This document shows positions 18,866-27,695 of a DNA stretch of 64,000 bases, one piece after another. The stretch spans positions 1 through 64,000 of the forward strand of contig JBDHJS010000012.1 in assembly GCA_039586795.1 (NCBI GenBank), written 5' to 3'. The notes under the pieces were generated by a model. It saw only the letters and a program-made list of their open reading frames with translations. It did not search any database and was not told where the DNA came from. The DNA comes from Gemmatimonadota bacterium. Its GTDB lineage: Bacteria > Gemmatimonadota > Gemmatimonadetes > Palauibacterales > KS3-K002. Positions within the stretch are counted from its first letter, which is position 1, and the number at the start of each line of letters is the position of its first letter. Both the position numbers and the translations under genes were made by a program.

Positions 18866-19240
18866 TCAAATGCCTGCGCAGGAGTGGTAGAGCGGCGTGT
18901 CGTGGTCGCGGCGTTGGAGAATCTCGTGCACCATCTCGTGCTTGACCCCGGCTGTGAAGAGCAGCTTGTCGGACCTGACGTAGATGGTATGCGGTGGCAG
19001 CCAGGCACCTGCGTGGTTCGTTCCCTCTTGTTTGTTAACCAGTTGTTCGGCCTGGTACCATGTGACGCGCTCGAATGTGGCGGCGGTGCCGATGCATGAT
19101 TCGACTTCAGACCACCAGGCGCGGTAGACCTCGGGCGGGTCGAGCCGCTGTGGAGCAACGGGCTCGAAGTTCGACTCCGCGCAACTCAGGGACAGCGCGG
19201 CAGCCAGGGAGATAAATAAACAGTGCCTTGGGGAGGGCAT
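18866..19240 (-). CDS. Small lipoprotein with an HExxH motif (minimal zincin-like)
   Basis: Lipobox LSLSC; VKHEMVHEIL...DH. Start is ATG 19240 or TTG 19249. Confidence 0.65.
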   Translation of the reverse strand: MPSPRHCLFISLAAALSLSCAESNFEPVAPQRLDPPEVYRAWWSEVESCIGTAATFERVTWYQAEQLVNKQEGTNHAGAWLPPHTIYVRSDKLLFTAGVKHEMVHEILQRRDHDTPLYHSCAGI

Positions 19241-19275
19241 GCCATTCAACCTGTTCTAGTGTCTGAGACAGGTTC

Positions 19276-19359
19276 AGCATGCCGCGTGCCAGGGGCTCAG
19301 TCAAGGCGGTTCGTCTAAGTTGTTGCTACACTTACCGCTTCAGAACAGGCTCTTCTGAA
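19276..19359 (-). promoter_or_regulatory. Candidate sigma54 promoter with an IHF-like site and an upstream palindrome
   Basis: Minus strand TGGCACGcggcATGCT (GG-N10-GC, 19291-19276); TAGCAAcaacTTA (19328-19316); TTCAGAA-N7-TTCTGAA (19339-19359). Confidence 0.55.
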
Positions 19360-19673
19360 CGAATCGCATGCGGCGAATCACCTTGATGCATCTTTCCTAC
19401 TGTTCTGTTGGAAGATTCGCTCTTCACAAACTCAGCGTAGGGAATTCCGCCAAGGTCTTCGACACCCAACTCGAGATCGGCCATCCCCGGTGCGAGTACT
19501 CGGTCGTAGCGCGCGACGCCGCTCGAGGATGAAGTAGTGCGGGCCGGTTCCCGGGCGACGAGAACAGATGTACAGAGCGGCAGGAGCAACGAGACGGCTA
19601 AGGCTCTTCGTCAGACCTTCCTCCGACTATGTCCAGAGAATGACGCTTTGACTCGCGACGAGTTACTGGAACA

Positions 19674-21239
19674 CTACCGCTTAAAGACGGGCTGGCCGAG
19701 CATTTCCGCCGCCGCTTGCCTGGAAGCAACACCTAGCAGATTCGTGCACGCCACGGGACTCAACAGTTCCCTGTTGTCCGCCACTATCCGTAGGGCGCGT
19801 GATCGACTGGCGTTCCAGACACGCCAGTCCCCTTCATCCTCCAGCGACCAGCGGGTCAACAGCCGGTCTGAGAGTATGCAGCGGTCTTCATGACTCAAAG
19901 TGTCGAAGGCACCGACCAGGGTAGGTAAGGCATCAGCACTGAGCGAGGCGGCGTAGTGGGCGTCGAACTCGTTTCCTTCCAATGCCCGAGTCGTGTTCAC
20001 TCGAGCTATGAGTGCATCCGGGTTCAGTATGTTAAGGGCCGCGATGAGACAGAAGCCGGCCAACGCCGCGCCGGTGGCGAAGTATTGGCGGCGGTCCTTG
20101 AGCACCGTGACCGCGAGCCAGATCAGCACGATCCCCAGCCAGGCCATGAACGCCGTCGTGTAGAGCCGCAGCTCCGTGAGGCCATAGACGCTCTGATAGA
20201 GATGCATGCGCTTCAGAGCTGAGATCACGATCAGCAAAAGCAGGATCAACATCAGGCTCGCCAGGCCGCGAAAGATCGCAAGCGACCGTCGATTGGTGCC
20301 GGCTAGCAACCAGTCGGCCGTCAGCAGGACGGGAAGTACCAACGCCGCCACAGTGACGAGCTCGAAGAATCCGCGGCGCGCGTATTCGGCGTACGTCATG
20401 CCGACCGTTTCCTGCACCAAGGAACTGTCGCCAAACAGATAGCGCAGCTGCACGATGACGAAGACGAGAAAGAGAAGGTTGATGAGACCCAGCGGCACGC
20501 CGATCTCTATGATACCCACCTTGGGTCGCTCCACCGCCAGCGAGTCGCCGACTTTAGGTTTGCTGATCTCGAAGACTGCCAGGAAGAACCCACAAACGAT
20601 CCAGGCAAAAAACGCGGTCAATATTGCGTGTGAGGCCAGCTGCTCGAAGTCGATGTCGAGGGCGGTCGTCACCATCTGGTCGAAGACGGCGTCCGCTGCC
20701 ATCAGCAACCCACCAAAGATGAACACAAGAGGGAATGCGATCAGCAGTCCCACGGCCGCGGCCCTCGCGTGTCGCCAGCGCTCGGATCGTGGAGGAGCTG
20801 CTACCGGTATCTTCCGAACGGCAATGGGCGCCGCACCCTGTGCCGCCGCGAAACCGGTGTTCACGACACCGCGCACGTAATCGAGGATGCTGCAAACAGG
20901 AATCCGCACGCGGTCCAGGCTCAAGCTCCAAATCGACAGCAACAGGCCGACTGCGAAGAGGTCGATGAACTTCAGAAACGGCGAGTCGTGCCAGCTGAAT
21001 CCGGCGGCGAATAGCAGGGCGGGGGCGAGCAACCAGGCAGTGTCTCTTGGCCATTCGATGTCATGGCGAGCGGCCAGCATCAGCACTCCGGCCAACACGG
21101 CTGCGACCCACAGCGTCAAGTTCAGGCTCCAGGGGCCCGTTCGCAGAAGCGAATCTCCCGCAATTCCCAGCAACAGTGCGACGATCAGTACGTCACGTGC
21201 GAGTTTCGATGTGTCGTTCATGGTTTCGAGTCCACTCAT
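19674..21239 (-). CDS. DUF4153/DUF4173-family multipass membrane protein
   Basis: VQLRYLFG; TYAEYARRGFFELV; RMHLYQSVYGLTELR; NPDALIARVN; LSADA. Confidence 0.85.
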   Translation of the reverse strand: MSGLETMNDTSKLARDVLIVALLLGIAGDSLLRTGPWSLNLTLWVAAVLAGVLMLAARHDIEWPRDTAWLLAPALLFAAGFSWHDSPFLKFIDLFAVGLLLSIWSLSLDRVRIPVCSILDYVRGVVNTGFAAAQGAAPIAVRKIPVAAPPRSERWRHARAAAVGLLIAFPLVFIFGGLLMAADAVFDQMVTTALDIDFEQLASHAILTAFFAWIVCGFFLAVFEISKPKVGDSLAVERPKVGIIEIGVPLGLINLLFLVFVIVQLRYLFGDSSLVQETVGMTYAEYARRGFFELVTVAALVLPVLLTADWLLAGTNRRSLAIFRGLASLMLILLLLIVISALKRMHLYQSVYGLTELRLYTTAFMAWLGIVLIWLAVTVLKDRRQYFATGAALAGFCLIAALNILNPDALIARVNTTRALEGNEFDAHYAASLSADALPTLVGAFDTLSHEDRCILSDRLLTRWSLEDEGDWRVWNASRSRALRIVADNRELLSPVACTNLLGVASRQAAAEMLGQPVFKR

Positions 21240-21547
21240 TCACCGCGCGTCGCGCGGATCAGTTCCTCCATGCGGTCCAGATAGCGTTCGAGAGTTTCGC
21301 GCCCCACGGGCGTCAGCCGGTATTCCGTCTTTGGGATCCGCCCCTCGAACGATTTGACGCACTCCACGTAGCCGGCCTCCTCTAACTTTCGAGCATGAAC
21401 GCTCAAATTGCCGTCGGTTATTTCGAGCAGGGCCTTCAGGTCGTTGAAGGCCAGAGACTCGTTCACCGCCAGCGCGCTCATGATCGCGAGTCGAACTCGC
21501 TGGTGAATGAGTCGGTCGAGGTCGGTCGGTACGCCTTTATCCGCCAT
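21236..21547 (-). CDS. Winged-helix transcriptional regulator (ArsR/MarR-like, HTH_34 type)
   Basis: LDRLIHQRVRLAIMSAL ... TDGNLSVHARKLEEAGYV ... PKTEYRLT; ATGA overlap with the next gene. Confidence 0.9.
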   Translation of the reverse strand: MADKGVPTDLDRLIHQRVRLAIMSALAVNESLAFNDLKALLEITDGNLSVHARKLEEAGYVECVKSFEGRIPKTEYRLTPVGRETLERYLDRMEELIRATRGE

Positions 21548-22145
21548 AGCTGCGGGCGATGATCGCGCCGAAGAGGATGTTCAAGCCTCCGAACCCGGCG
21601 GCAAGGAACGCGTCACCCCACATCGGCGGCGCGGCGAACGCCGCCACGCCGAGGACCATGAAACCGAGACCCATGATGGGAACGGCTCTTACAGAAAACG
21701 CGCCTCCCGTCATCACTCCCGTCCCGTAGAGCAGTAGCCAGGTCCCCGGGAGGGCCACGGCCAACTCCGCCGCAAAGAGCACGACGGTGAGCACCGCACC
21801 GGCGACGAGGGGTGGGGTGTAGCTGAAGGCGAAACGGGCGCCGGATCCGCGGAGCAGGGGAGTGCCCTGCTTGCGGGCTTTGCGGACCATGGCCGTCACG
21901 CCGATCGTCACGGCGAGCAGGGCCTCCCCTAGCCAGACGAGGAGCCATCCCGCATCCGTGTACTGCCGACTCGCCACGATTGCGGTCGCCAGAGCGGTCA
22001 GGCCGATGATGACGGTCCCCCATCCCGGAACCGCGGTGAAGGAGACGGCCCGCTCCATGGTTCTTCGGATCTGGCGGAGGTCCTCTAGTGCCTCGTCAGG
22101 AGAGAAGGGAGGAGGCAGATCGGTGTTAGCAGGTTGGTTATCCAT
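21537..22145 (-). CDS. Conserved membrane protein (~6 TM) of the regulator/DUF4153 operon
   Basis: [30 protein letters not shown]. Start moved to MDNQPA. Confidence 0.8.
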   Translation of the reverse strand: MDNQPANTDLPPPFSPDEALEDLRQIRRTMERAVSFTAVPGWGTVIIGLTALATAIVASRQYTDAGWLLVWLGEALLAVTIGVTAMVRKARKQGTPLLRGSGARFAFSYTPPLVAGAVLTVVLFAAELAVALPGTWLLLYGTGVMTGGAFSVRAVPIMGLGFMVLGVAAFAAPPMWGDAFLAAGFGGLNILFGAIIARSYGG

Positions 22146-22151
22146 GGGGGT

Positions 22152-22200
22152 AAGATGTGAGGCGGGCCTAGCTCTGTCAAGTACTTTAGGAAACAAAGTA
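22152..22200 (-). promoter_or_regulatory. sigma70 promoter (probably leaderless transcript) and inverted-repeat operator
   Basis: Minus strand TTGACA(22180)-17-CATCTT(22157-22152), with the ATG 7 nt later; TACTTT-N7-AAAGTA (22182-22200). Confidence 0.65.
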
Positions 22201-22365
22201 TTGAGCTCTAGGCTTGATGGCCGGCTGAACCGGTCATTTGCCAAGTCCAAAGCTTCAAGAGTTCAAGATGCGCAGCTCCAGCCGATCAAGTGGGCCTGGG
22301 CGCGAGTTTTCAACTGATGATTGAGGGATGGGCGGTTGGAGGCATTGGCATTTTCCCTTGTACCT

Positions 22366-22441
22366 TAAGTCGTTGATTCGCTGAACCTTAGCGATTCGAT
22401 TCTCCCTCTTGCGCTCCCCTGATCTTCGGTATATATTCGGT
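22366..22441 (+). promoter_or_regulatory. sigma70 promoter with a direct-repeat box over the -10 and an upstream IHF consensus
   Basis: TTGCGC(22409)-17-TATATT(22432); TTCGGT-N5-TTCGGT (22425-22441); TAAgtcgTTGATT (22366-22378) fits the IHF consensus. Confidence 0.6.
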
Positions 22442-22443
22442 AC

Positions 22444-22536
22444 CCCAGGGCGGAAGGAAATAATACCCCACTCCCCCCTTCTTCGAAGCTGGCCTTCCGC
22501 CCTGGTCCCCACCTCTTCGGTAGGTGGGCTTTTTTT
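22444..22536 (+). ncRNA. Candidate ~95-nt structured small RNA or attenuated leader upstream of dnaE2
   Basis: Begins at the predicted +1; perfect 13-bp stem ccagggcggaagg/ccttccgccctgg with a C-rich loop; then a cccacct-cUUCGg-t-aggtggg hairpin and T7. Confidence 0.55.
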
Positions 22537-22571
22537 GTCGCCAGGACTTACGGGTTTTGTTCGGGTACGCC

Positions 22572-25500
22572 ATGTCCTCTTACGCCGAGCTTCACTGCCA
22601 CTCCGCTTTCTCTCTGCTTGATGGGGCCTCGACACCGGAAGTTCTGGTGCGGCAGGCGGTTGAACTGGGCATCGAGGCGCTGGCGCTCACCGATCACGAC
22701 GATCTGGGCGGGATCGTTCGGTTCAGCCAGGCGGCGCGTGGGTCGGGTCTGGAGGCGATCGTTGGGGTCGAACTGACGATGGCGCCGGCGGAGGCTGGGG
22801 CCCCGGCCAGCCATCTCACGCTGCTGGCGCGTACGGCGGAAGGCTACGCCAACCTATCGGAGTTGGTGACCCGGTCTCGCATGCTGCGGCCGCGGGGCCG
22901 GCCGCGGATCAGCTGGGAGGAACTGGGCGAGCGAGGCAAAGGGCTGCTGGCGTTGACGGGCTGCCCGCAGGGCGAGCTGGCACGGCGGGTGAGGGCGGGG
23001 GACGGGAAGGGCGCCCGTGAACTGCTCGAGTTCCTGCGCAGCGCCTGCGACGGGTATGTGGCGGTGGAGGTGTGGGATCATGCGTTGCCGGAGGAGCGTA
23101 AGCTAGCGGAGCGGTTGTTGGAGCTGGCGGACCGGCGCGGTCTGATGGCGGTGGCGACGAACGATGTGCACTACGCGCTGCCATCGGGCCGGATCGTGCA
23201 CGATGTGCTCACCTGTCTGCGTCATCAGACGACGCTGGATGAGGCAGGCACCCGTCTTCGCCCCAACGGCGAGTGGTACCTGAAGCCGCCGTCGGTGGTG
23301 TGGCGGCGCTGGCGACATCGCCCCGATGTCGTCGAGAACACCCTCGCTCTGGCAGCGGAGTGCCCGTTCCGGCTCGCCGATCTATCGCCGGCGATGCCGG
23401 GGTTCAAAGTGCCTCCCGAGATGACGAGGCAGGAATTCCTCGAGCGTCTGGTTTGGCGCGGCGCCAAGGAGCGGTACGCCGGCGTGGGTCAGAAGCGGAA
23501 CGGCGATCCGATCCGCGTCGCGGGGCCGGTAGAGGCGCACCGTCCACCGTCTACCGTCTACCGTCCACCATCTACCGGGCTGACCCAACGGGTGCGTCGT
23601 CAAATTCGGCACGAGCTCGCGGTGATCGCCCGGCTCGACCTGGCCGGGTACTTCCTGACGGTCTGGGATGTCGTGCGGTTCGCGCGGCGGCGCGGGATCC
23701 TGTTGCAGGGGCGCGGCTCGGCGGCGAACTCGTGTGTCTGCTATTGCCTGGGGATCACGGCGGTGGATCCTATCAAGTTCGAGTTGCTGTTCGAGCGCTT
23801 TCTGTCGGAAGAGCGCGGCGGCGCGCCCGACATCGATGTCGATATCGAGCACGAGCGACGCGAGGAGGTGCTCCAGTACGTCTACAGCAAGTACGGTCGC
23901 GACCGGTCGGCGATGGTGTGCGAGACGATCACCTACCGTGGCAAATCCGCCGTGCGCGATGCGGCGCGCGTCCTCGGCTTCTCGGTGGATGTGGCCGATC
24001 ATTTGTCGGGCGAAGCGGATCGCCGGGAGGCGGCGGACGCCGCCGACGGGTTGGAGAACGGAGGGTTGGCCGCCTGCGGACTCGACATGTCGGACAAGCG
24101 CGTCCGCGCACTAATCCACGTGGTCCGCGGGATGGATCAGCTGCCGCGTCATCGTTCGATCCATGTGGGTGGCTTCGTGCTCAGTCAGGATGCGCTGGCC
24201 CGCTCCGCACCTATCGAGCCGGCGTCGATGCCGGACCGCACGGTGATCCAGTGGGACAAGGACGACCTCGATTTCGTCGGCTTGATCAAGATCGACTTGC
24301 TCGGGTTGGGCATGCTAACCTGTTTGGCGAAGACGATCCGCTACATACGGGAAGCGCGCGGCATCTCTATCGACCTGGCGCAACTGCCGGCCAGCGATCC
24401 CGAGGTCTACGGGATGATCCAGGCGGCGGACACGGTGGGTCTGTTTCAAATCGAGAGCCGGGCGCAGATGAACTCGCTGCCACGACTCAAGCCGCAGAAT
24501 TTCTACGACCTGGTGGTGCAGGTGGCGCTCATCCGGCCGGGCCCTATCCAGGGTGACATGGTGCACCCGTACGTGCGGCGCCGGCGCGGCGAAGAGCCGG
24601 TGACCTACCTGCACCCGGACCTGAAGCCGATCCTCAAGCGGACGTTAGGCGTACCTCTCTTTCAAGAGCAGGGGATGAAGGTGGCGGTGGCGCTAGCCGG
24701 CTTCACGCCGGGACAAGCCGACGCGCTGCGCCGGGCCATGGGGTTCAAGCGCTCGAGGGAGGCGATGGCGTTGATCGAGCCGGCGTTGCGCGAGGGGATG
24801 ACGAAGCGCGGCATAGCACCCGAGGTGCAGGACCAGCTCGTCAAGCAGCTCACCGCCTTCGCCAACTACGGTTTCCCCGAGAGCCACTCGGCCTCGTTCG
24901 CGCTGCTGGTCTACGCGTCCGCATATCTGAAGCGCTACTACGCGCCCGAGTTTTTCGCCGGACTCCTCAACTCACAACCCATGGGCTTCTACGCCCCTGG
25001 CACCCTGGTCCACGATGCGCGCCGCCACGGTGTCGAAGTGCGCCCCGTCGACCTCGCGCTTTCCAGCTGGGACTGCACCCTCGAGCCAAGAAACATCGAC
25101 TGCCCGGCGCCCGCGATGAGAGTCGGTTTGCGCTACGTGCGTGGCCTCGCCTCGAAAGCCGAAGAACAGCTGAAGACGGCCTGGGAGACCGGTGGACCAT
25201 TCGAATCGGTGGAAGATGTGGTACGGCGTTCAGGGCTCGGGTTACCGGCGCTCAAGACGCTGGCTGAGGCCGGCGCCTTCGACACGCTGTGGGGTAAGGG
25301 TCGCCGCTCCGCGTTGTGGGAAGTGCTGGGCCGATACGCCCAGGAGCCGTTGGCGCCGGTGGAATCGATGCGGCGGCCGAAGCTCAAGGAGATGGAGCGG
25401 ATCGAGATCGTCGCCGCCGACTACATGACGACCGGACTCTGTACGCACGGGCATCCCATGGAATATCTGCGCGGTGTGTTGCGCGAGCGAGGAATACTAT

Positions 25501-25814
25501 CGGCAGAAGAATTGCCGCAGGCGAAGAACCGATCGTTGGTGAAGGTGGCGGGCGTGGTGATCTGTCGGCAACGGCCGGGCACCGCCAAGGGCGTCTGCTT
25601 CATCACGCTGGAAGACGAGACCGGCTTTTCCAACTTCATCGTCTACGCCGACCTGTTCCAGCGCTACCGCCGCACCATCGTGCGGTCACCCGTCTTGCTC
25701 ATCGAGGGGATGGTACAGAACGAGCAAGACGTGGTGAACGTGCAGGCATGTCACATCGAAGCGATCGTCCCGCAAGCCGGCGCCGATGTCATCGAAAGTC
25801 ACGACTTCCACTGA
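22572..25814 (+). CDS. dnaE2: Error-prone DNA polymerase III alpha (DnaE2/ImuC)
   Basis: YAELHCHSAFSLLDGAS PHP start; GRGSAANS; PDIDVD; QWDKDD; KIDLLGLGML; FANYGFPESHSASFALLVYAS; LLNSQPMGFY; C-terminal SHDFH typical of DnaE2. Confidence 0.95.
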   Translation: MSSYAELHCHSAFSLLDGASTPEVLVRQAVELGIEALALTDHDDLGGIVRFSQAARGSGLEAIVGVELTMAPAEAGAPASHLTLLARTAEGYANLSELVTRSRMLRPRGRPRISWEELGERGKGLLALTGCPQGELARRVRAGDGKGARELLEFLRSACDGYVAVEVWDHALPEERKLAERLLELADRRGLMAVATNDVHYALPSGRIVHDVLTCLRHQTTLDEAGTRLRPNGEWYLKPPSVVWRRWRHRPDVVENTLALAAECPFRLADLSPAMPGFKVPPEMTRQEFLERLVWRGAKERYAGVGQKRNGDPIRVAGPVEAHRPPSTVYRPPSTGLTQRVRRQIRHELAVIARLDLAGYFLTVWDVVRFARRRGILLQGRGSAANSCVCYCLGITAVDPIKFELLFERFLSEERGGAPDIDVDIEHERREEVLQYVYSKYGRDRSAMVCETITYRGKSAVRDAARVLGFSVDVADHLSGEADRREAADAADGLENGGLAACGLDMSDKRVRALIHVVRGMDQLPRHRSIHVGGFVLSQDALARSAPIEPASMPDRTVIQWDKDDLDFVGLIKIDLLGLGMLTCLAKTIRYIREARGISIDLAQLPASDPEVYGMIQAADTVGLFQIESRAQMNSLPRLKPQNFYDLVVQVALIRPGPIQGDMVHPYVRRRRGEEPVTYLHPDLKPILKRTLGVPLFQEQGMKVAVALAGFTPGQADALRRAMGFKRSREAMALIEPALREGMTKRGIAPEVQDQLVKQLTAFANYGFPESHSASFALLVYASAYLKRYYAPEFFAGLLNSQPMGFYAPGTLVHDARRHGVEVRPVDLALSSWDCTLEPRNIDCPAPAMRVGLRYVRGLASKAEEQLKTAWETGGPFESVEDVVRRSGLGLPALKTLAEAGAFDTLWGKGRRSALWEVLGRYAQEPLAPVESMRRPKLKEMERIEIVAADYMTTGLCTHGHPMEYLRGVLRERGILSAEELPQAKNRSLVKVAGVVICRQRPGTAKGVCFITLEDETGFSNFIVYADLFQRYRRTIVRSPVLLIEGMVQNEQDVVNVQACHIEAIVPQAGADVIESHDFH
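23539..23580 (+). repeat. Heptamer tandem (ACCGTCY-like, ~6 units) inside dnaE2
   Basis: accgtcc accgtct accgtct accgtcc accatct accgggc, encoding HRPPSTVYRPPSTG. Confidence 0.8.
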
Positions 25815-26048
25815 GCACTCCGAAAAGGTCTGACATCGCCAGCCGTTGGAACGCGGATCTGGGCGTCAGATAAAACGAGAACCAGAATTACTATCGACTT
25901 CATTTAAGCTTGATGTCCTCAATTGTCACAGGTGGGACGTTGTGCCACCAGCGGCGGTGCCCGATGCCGTCACCGCTTGTGGCTGGACACGGCGATCAAA
26001 GGCGACGAAAGCCCGCATGTAACGCATAGAAACAATCCTTAGCCTGAT

Positions 26049-26065
26049 GGGGCACCAAAATTGCT
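26049..26065 (+). promoter_or_regulatory. sigma54 (-24/-12) promoter
   Basis: GGGGCACCAAAATTGCT = GG-N10-GC, with GGCAC and TTGC, about 70 bp before the cytochrome ATG. Confidence 0.65.
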
Positions 26066-26137
26066 CCTCACGCAGGGCTGGAGCCGTGAGTCCTCCCGGC
26101 TCTCTCACCGAAAAAAGGCGGAGGTGTCACTCGGCCC

Positions 26138-26899
26138 ATGTGGAAACCACCTTCATTCCAGGGGAGCAAGGTCCCACAACAGGTTCCCCGTCTCGTAATC
26201 GCCATCGCTGCTGCCGTGATCGCCCTTGTCGTGGCCAGGTCCATTTTGGTGCCGGACACGTTCGGCGAACTCGGGCATTATCGGGCGGCGGCGATTGACG
26301 CGGTCGTAGCGCGCGAGAAGTCGTTTGCAGGTCAGCAGGAGTGCGCGATGTGCCACTTCCCCATCATGCAGGCGCGGTTGGAGGGGAACCACCGAGGTGT
26401 GTCGTGCGAGTCATGCCACGGTCCGGCGGCGGCTCATGTCGCGAACCCTGCGGAGACGAAGCCGACGATCCCGGATGTGCGCGAATTCTGTCCGCGCTGT
26501 CACTCGTACAACATGTCACGGCCCACGGGTTTTGCTCAGATCGATCCGGTGGCTCACAATCCCCGCGTGCCGTGCATGCAATGTCATGATCCGCACGCGC
26601 CGGTGCCGCCGGTTACGCCCGAAGAGTGCAGCGCCTGCCACGGTCAGATCGCATCACAGAAAGCGGTCTCGCATCACGCCGGCCTCGAATGCACGACGTG
26701 CCACGTGGCGACCGATGAGCACAAGATGTTACCTCACAGAGTGCGGCCCAGCAAACCGGAGGACCGCAGCTTCTGTGGCGGCTGCCACGCAGAGGATTCT
26801 TCGAGCCCAGGCTATATACCGCGGATCAACTTGAGGATGCATAACCCCCGCTATCTCTGCTGGCAGTGCCATTATCCGCATTTCCCGGAGACTTCATGA
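26138..26899 (+). CDS. Membrane-anchored octahaem cytochrome c
   Basis: N-terminal TM; 8 CxxCH motifs (CAMCH, CESCH, CPRCH, CMQCH, CSACH, CTTCH, CGGCH, CWQCH). Confidence 0.9.
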   Translation: MWKPPSFQGSKVPQQVPRLVIAIAAAVIALVVARSILVPDTFGELGHYRAAAIDAVVAREKSFAGQQECAMCHFPIMQARLEGNHRGVSCESCHGPAAAHVANPAETKPTIPDVREFCPRCHSYNMSRPTGFAQIDPVAHNPRVPCMQCHDPHAPVPPVTPEECSACHGQIASQKAVSHHAGLECTTCHVATDEHKMLPHRVRPSKPEDRSFCGGCHAEDSSSPGYIPRINLRMHNPRYLCWQCHYPHFPETS

Positions 26900-27693
26900 T
26901 GCCAGAAGAAACGCGCAATTCAGCCTGCAGCCCCAAACCAGAGCCGGACCCGGATCGTCGAGAGTTTCTGAGGAAGTGCGGCCTGGCAGCTCCGGTTCTG
27001 TTAGGCGTGATAGGCGTGCCGCTGATAGCCGCTCAGGACTCGGAGTCTGACGACTACGATGCAACCGAGCACCTGTATGGCATGGGGGTCGACATCTCGA
27101 AGTGCATCGGCTGTAGCCAATGCGTCGCCGCCTGCAAGATCGAAAATGATGTTCCGAGCGAACCGCATTTCTTCAACACCTGGGTCGAGCGTTACATCAT
27201 CGAAATGGACGGCGAGGTCCAGGTGGACAGCCCGAACGGGGGCATGGATGGATTCCCGCCCACGGAGAATGGCGATGTCCGGCGGACGTTCTTCGTTCCA
27301 AAGCTGTGCAACCAGTGCGACGAGCCACCTTGCGTTCAAGTCTGTCCTGTGGGGGCGACATTCAAAACGCAGGACGGCGTCATCCTCGTCGACGATGATT
27401 ACTGCATCGGGTGTCGATACTGCGTGCAAGCGTGTCCGTACGGCGCCCGGTGGGTCCACCCAGAGAAGCATGTGGCGGCGAAATGCACGTTTTGCTACCA
27501 CCGTCTTGTTGAGGGATTGGTACCCGCCTGCGTCGAAGTCTGTCCGACGGGTGCGCGGATCTTTGGCGAGGTCGAGAAACGCGCCACCCCGCTAGCGCGC
27601 TTCATGCGCTTCAACGACATACAGGTCTTAAAGCCGCAGATGAATACGAAGCCGAAGGTCTATTACGCTAATCTCGACGGCGAGGTGAGGTAG
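26896..27693 (+). CDS. Tat-exported 4x[4Fe-4S] ferredoxin subunit (NrfC/TtrB/DsrO family)
   Basis: RREFL twin-arginine; CIGCSQCVAAC; CNQCDEPPCVQVCP; CIGCRYCVQACP; KCTFC..R; PACVEVCP. ATGA overlap. Confidence 0.92.
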   Translation: MMPEETRNSACSPKPEPDPDRREFLRKCGLAAPVLLGVIGVPLIAAQDSESDDYDATEHLYGMGVDISKCIGCSQCVAACKIENDVPSEPHFFNTWVERYIIEMDGEVQVDSPNGGMDGFPPTENGDVRRTFFVPKLCNQCDEPPCVQVCPVGATFKTQDGVILVDDDYCIGCRYCVQACPYGARWVHPEKHVAAKCTFCYHRLVEGLVPACVEVCPTGARIFGEVEKRATPLARFMRFNDIQVLKPQMNTKPKVYYANLDGEVR

Positions 27694-27695
27694 CC

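Noticed and set aside
19332..19589. 85-aa ORF
   Set aside because: No motif or clear RBS; the region is better explained as the regulatory region of the downstream lipoprotein gene. A small gene cannot be fully excluded.
25910..25922. FNR box upstream of the cytochrome operon
   Set aside because: TTGATgtcCTCAA is one base short of the TTGAT-N4-ATCAA spacing.
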